Origin: Bacilli bacterium
GTDB taxonomy: Bacteria; Bacillota_I; Bacilli_A; ML615J-28; CAG-313
Assembly (NCBI GenBank): GCA_017411715.1
Contig: JAFQPO010000009.1
Location: 30,732 to 94,731, forward strand
DNA length: 64,000 nt
Direction: 5' to 3'
Made by a program: the position numbers and the translations under genes. The notes below the pieces were generated by a model that saw nothing but the letters and a program-made list of their open reading frames with translations, was not told where the DNA came from and searched no databases. Position 1 is the stretch's first letter. Each line of letters opens with the position of its first letter. Shown here piece after piece: positions 60,533 through 64,000 of the stretch.

Positions 60533-61267
60533 TTATTGTAAGTAATAATATAATATTATTCCTCCTGCCACACTTGCATTAAGTGACTCAACATCGTTTT
60601 GCATCGGTATTACTACTTTAGTTGTAGCAGCTGCAATAAATTCACTACTTACGCCTTGCGCTTCATTGCCTATAACAACAGCGAAATGTTTTGTGGGAAT
60701 AATCTCATTTAAATTCTTAGCGCCTTTCAAAGCACTAACAACTATATCAAAATCATTTGCTTTAAGAGCTGCAATAATTTCTTTTTTATCAAGATATATA
60801 CATTTAGTTTTAAAGATTGCTCCTTGCGTTGAACGAACCACTTTATCATTATAAACATCAACTGTATCACTAGTCATGATAACCGCATCAATTCCAAGAG
60901 CTGCTGAAGTTCTAATTAAAGTTCCTAAGTTTCCTGGATCTTGTAAAGAATCAAGTACTAATAATTTGTGATAATTAGATAAGTCTACTTTTTCACTATC
61001 CATATTAACAACTCCAATAATCCCAGGGGGAGTCACTACGTTAGATACTTTTTTCATGATTTCTTGTGTAACAATATATGTGTTAACACCAAAATCATCT
61101 TTTTCGTTAATTGTGTAAACTTCTTTTAATCGATTATGTTTTTTAGCTTCTTCTACTAAATGATATCCTTCTACTAAAAAAGTTCTAGCTAATAATCTAT
61201 TCTTTTTATCTTTTAACTTAGTTAATTCTTTAATTCTATTATTAGTTAACGATGTAATATATTCCAT
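60533..61267 (-). CDS. TrmH/SpoU-family RNA methyltransferase
   Basis: QDPGNLGT.IR, GNE..G.S and IPM....ESLNASVA. Confidence 0.93.
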   Translation of the reverse strand: MEYITSLTNNRIKELTKLKDKKNRLLARTFLVEGYHLVEEAKKHNRLKEVYTINEKDDFGVNTYIVTQEIMKKVSNVVTPPGIIGVVNMDSEKVDLSNYHKLLVLDSLQDPGNLGTLIRTSAALGIDAVIMTSDTVDVYNDKVVRSTQGAIFKTKCIYLDKKEIIAALKANDFDIVVSALKGAKNLNEIIPTKHFAVVIGNEAQGVSSEFIAAATTKVVIPMQNDVESLNASVAGGIILYYYLQ

Positions 61268-61824
61268 TATGCAAAAGTCCCTTTAACAGCTTTCATTACC
61301 ATAATAACATTAATTGCAGCTATAATAACAACTAAAGCTAAGACAATAAAATAAAATATTTTATACATTTTTTTACTTTCAGGTCTTCTAAAAACAAATA
61401 AGAAAATTGTATCAAATAAAATAATCGCAACAGGATAAATAAGTGCTGATATTATAGCATAAGTCGTAACTTTACCTTCAGTAAATTCTTCTAATGAAGC
61501 AAGCATCTTTTGTAATATAGCAGAACCAACCACTGTAGTTAACCAATAATTTGTTGCGACAATACTAACTACACCAATAATAAATACTAAAGGATGAACT
61601 TTATTAATCCAACTAGTTTTTGTTTCAATTTCTACTTCTTCTTCTGGAATAGAAACTTTTTCAGATAGTAACATATATCTTTCTTGTAATTCATTATATT
61701 CTTCTTCAGTAATAGACGGTTCTACTTCATTTAAAATATCTTCATTATATTTATTTAAAACCTCTAATATCTTAACTAGTTCTTCTTGATATTCTTCGTA
61801 AGTTTTAGTTTTATCATTAATCAT
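61267..61824 (-). CDS. Hypothetical membrane protein
   Basis: Acidic helical N-terminus and three hydrophobic segments; coupled to the downstream gene. Confidence 0.7.
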   Translation of the reverse strand: MINDKTKTYEEYQEELVKILEVLNKYNEDILNEVEPSITEEEYNELQERYMLLSEKVSIPEEEVEIETKTSWINKVHPLVFIIGVVSIVATNYWLTTVVGSAILQKMLASLEEFTEGKVTTYAIISALIYPVAIILFDTIFLFVFRRPESKKMYKIFYFIVLALVVIIAAINVIMVMKAVKGTFA

Positions 61825-61907
61825 AAGAGCCCTTCTTTCTTTTGTATATTTTATCGTATTTGTGAATTATTGTAAAGAAAAAAGCACGCGAACTGCGTGC
61901 ATTTTCA

Positions 61908-62111
61908 TTATTTTGTATTTAATTGAGATTGAGCTAGAGAAACTAAACGACGAGTGATTTCTCCACCAACTGTACCGTTTTGACGTGCTGTTGCATCTGG
62001 ACCTAAGTTAACACCTAGTTCACTTGCGATTTCATATTTCATTTGTGAAACTGCATTTTCTGCACCAGGTACAGCTAATTTATTTTTTTTGCTGTAAGAT
62101 GAATTATTCAT
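61908..62111 (-). CDS. sspA: Alpha/beta-type small acid-soluble spore protein
   Basis: L.VPGA.....[33 protein letters not shown]; follows thiI as in B. subtilis. Confidence 0.95.
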   Translation of the reverse strand: MNNSSYSKKNKLAVPGAENAVSQMKYEIASELGVNLGPDATARQNGTVGGEITRRLVSLAQSQLNTK

Positions 62112-62132
62112 TGATTACACCTCCTCGAAATT

Positions 62133-62162
62133 TATTATGTACAAATTTTACATTATTATAAA
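62133..62162 (-). promoter_or_regulatory. sigmaG-like promoter of the SASP gene
   Basis: TTTATA-17-CATAATA ahead of a GAGGAGGTG RBS; the -35 lacks the consensus G. Confidence 0.55.
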
Positions 62163-62190
62163 TTTTTAGAAGTAGTAATTTTTGGTAATT

Positions 62191-63414
62191 TTATAATATA
62201 TCTAAATCATCTTTAACAACATTATATTTACTATTATATCTAAGTACTACTCTTTCAGTATTTGCAACTGCCTCATCAATCATTTCTTGATATGCAAATT
62301 TATTCTCTTCTTTTTCTGCAACATCACTCTTAGGTTTAATTTGTGGATGTTTAGGTACATATACAGTGCAGCAATCATCATAAGGACGAATAGATATATC
62401 AAATGTATTAATCTTTTGTGATATCGCAATAATGTCTTGTTTATCAAATGCCGCAAGTGGTCTAATTACTAAAGCATTAGTTACTTCATTTATAACATTC
62501 ATGCTTTCTAATGTTTGACTTGCTACTTGTCCCATACTTTCACCATTAATTATTACATTTGCATTTATTTTATGCATAATATTTGTTGCGATACGATACA
62601 TCATTCTACGCATAATTGTAATACAATAATCTTCTCTTGTATATTTGTAAATAGCTTCTTGAATTTTAGTAAACGGAACAATGTGTAAAACTATTCTACT
62701 ATTTTTAGAATAGATAGTTAATTGTTCTAATAAGTCAACAACTTTTTGTAAAGCTTCATTAGATGTATATGGTGGTGACGCAAAATGAACCGCTTCAATT
62801 TCAATTCCTTTTTTAAGTGATAAATATCCAGAAACAACACTATCAATTCCACCACTTATCATTACTAATCCTTTACCTAATGTACCAGCAGGGAATCCTC
62901 CTACTCCATAATATGTTTTAGTAAAGATATATGTCCCTTCGTAACGTAAGTCAACATCAAGGGTAATATCAGGATTGTGAACATCTGCTTTTAAATTTTC
63001 TAGATTTCTAAATAAATGACGACCAATTTCTTTTGTAACTTCAAGTGATGTAAGAGGGAAGTTCTTATCACCTCTATTAGTTTCAATCTTCATGGTTTTA
63101 TTTTGATATTCTTCTTGTGACATAATTTTTAATGCTAAATCTTTAATATCATCTAAATTAGATTCACAACGAGCTACCACACTAAATGAATAAATACCAG
63201 GTATTTTTTCTAAAATAGGAATAATCTCATTTACGTCTTCGCCATTTAGCATAATATAAAAACGCATACCACGTGATTCGTATTGTAAGTTTACAAATGT
63301 ATGTAATGCTGATTTAATATGGCTAGTAATTGCTTTAATGAATTGATTACGATTAGATTTTTTTAAAGCTAGTTCGCCATATCTAATTAAAATATGATTA
63401 TATAAATTATTCAT
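62191..63414 (-). CDS. thiI: tRNA 4-thiouridine synthase ThiI
   Basis: RYGELALK, THUMP domain, SGGIDS, RRMM, GESMGQVASQT and DCC. Confidence 0.97.
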   Translation of the reverse strand: MNNLYNHILIRYGELALKKSNRNQFIKAITSHIKSALHTFVNLQYESRGMRFYIMLNGEDVNEIIPILEKIPGIYSFSVVARCESNLDDIKDLALKIMSQEEYQNKTMKIETNRGDKNFPLTSLEVTKEIGRHLFRNLENLKADVHNPDITLDVDLRYEGTYIFTKTYYGVGGFPAGTLGKGLVMISGGIDSVVSGYLSLKKGIEIEAVHFASPPYTSNEALQKVVDLLEQLTIYSKNSRIVLHIVPFTKIQEAIYKYTREDYCITIMRRMMYRIATNIMHKINANVIINGESMGQVASQTLESMNVINEVTNALVIRPLAAFDKQDIIAISQKINTFDISIRPYDDCCTVYVPKHPQIKPKSDVAEKEENKFAYQEMIDEAVANTERVVLRYNSKYNVVKDDLDIL

Positions 63415-63416
63415 AA

Positions 63417-64000
63417 TTATTTTTCCTTTGTTAGTATAGTGATTTTATCAATTGCTTCTACTAATTTATCAATATCACTAGTTGTATGTTCTTCACATAA
63501 ACTTATTCTAATTGCACTTAGTGCACGATTAGCATCATTGGAAATAGCATATATTGTTTTTTCGGGTTTAGCAAGTTTGGCACTACATGCGCTACCACTT
63601 GATGCATATATTTCAAATTGTTCGAATGTATGAATGATAGTCTCGCTTTTAACTTTAGGCATACTAAAGTTAAATATATATGGAGAATAATTGTTATCTG
63701 GTGTATTAATAACAATATTAGGATTAATTGATAATTTATTTTTTAAATATGTATGAAGCATTAAAACATATTGGTATTTTTTATTAATATCTATAGTAGC
63801 AAGTTGCATAGCTTTCGCACAAGATACTGCCCCTGCTACATCAATTGTTCCAGGTTTTAAACCTTCTTGTTGTGTTGCTCCTTTAAGTGGCGCAACAAGG
63901 TCTAAATTTTTATTTATAAATAGAGCTCCTGTTCCTTTTAAACCATGAATCTTATGAGCACTAATTGTTATTAAATCTACATCATCAAATGAAAAATCAT
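63417..64000 (-). CDS. iscS: Cysteine desulfurase (IscS/NifZ type); 5' end outside the window
   Basis: The frame is open to the window edge and includes SAHKIHGLKGTG (PLP Lys) and SSGSACS; upstream of thiI. Confidence 0.93.
   Translation of the reverse strand, partial: DFSFDDVDLITISAHKIHGLKGTGALFINKNLDLVAPLKGATQQEGLKPGTIDVAGAVSCAKAMQLATIDINKKYQYVLMLHTYLKNKLSINPNIVINTPDNNYSPYIFNFSMPKVKSETIIHTFEQFEIYASSGSACSAKLAKPEKTIYAISNDANRALSAIRISLCEEHTTSDIDKLVEAIDKITILTKEK

Noticed and set aside
2510-63715. Short ORFs nested in or antisense to long genes (e.g. 2510, 2806, 8201, 13454, 29888, 34143, 44072, 45155, 50153, 52924)
   Set aside because: Shadow frames of well-supported genes with no independent evidence.
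1-64000. Genome-wide TGA=Trp (genetic code 4)
   Set aside because: TGA ends several genes at ATGA overlaps (12475, 17498, 28403, 52464), and long ORFs translate intact with TGG for Trp.

Overview
A very AT-rich chromosomal segment from a low-GC Bacilli-type genome. It uses the standard code (TGA is a stop) and most genes lie on the minus strand. The gene style resembles reduced gut Bacilli or Mollicutes-adjacent lineages; that placement is inference. The backbone is housekeeping: iscS-thiI, rimP-nusA-ylxR-ylxQ-infB-rbfA, uvrC, rnj, def, rpsP-khpA, rimM-trmD, pepF-dapF, rplS, murC-ccpA-tyrS. Notable features: (1) a self-contained six-gene operon at 31.8-39.4 kb, lying between khpA and rimM. 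It encodes a HAD/GNAT-like fusion, a Cys-rich PP-loop ATPase, a minimal UbiA-like membrane protein, a rifampin-phosphotransferase/PigC-type dikinase, a BtaA-like DUF3419 protein and an OleC-like adenylating enzyme, and is the best candidate for an uncharacterised lipid or small-molecule pathway. (2) A late-sporulation gene set (alpha/beta SASP, GerE, YlbD/YlbE-like, a YjcZ peptide missing from the ORF track, an orphan coat-like gene) with sigmaK/sigmaG-like promoters. (3) An ArsR/P1B-ATPase metal cassette translationally coupled to rimM-trmD. (4) A putative cell-wall/amino-sugar scavenging cluster whose hydrolase ends in a Cys-containing C-terminal anchor. (5) A TPP riboswitch, L19 leader, rimP leader, a tandemly duplicated terminator and two orphan 3' gene remnants. 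I saw no rRNA, tRNA, CRISPR array, integrase or transposase. All family calls come from motif recognition by eye, not database searches.
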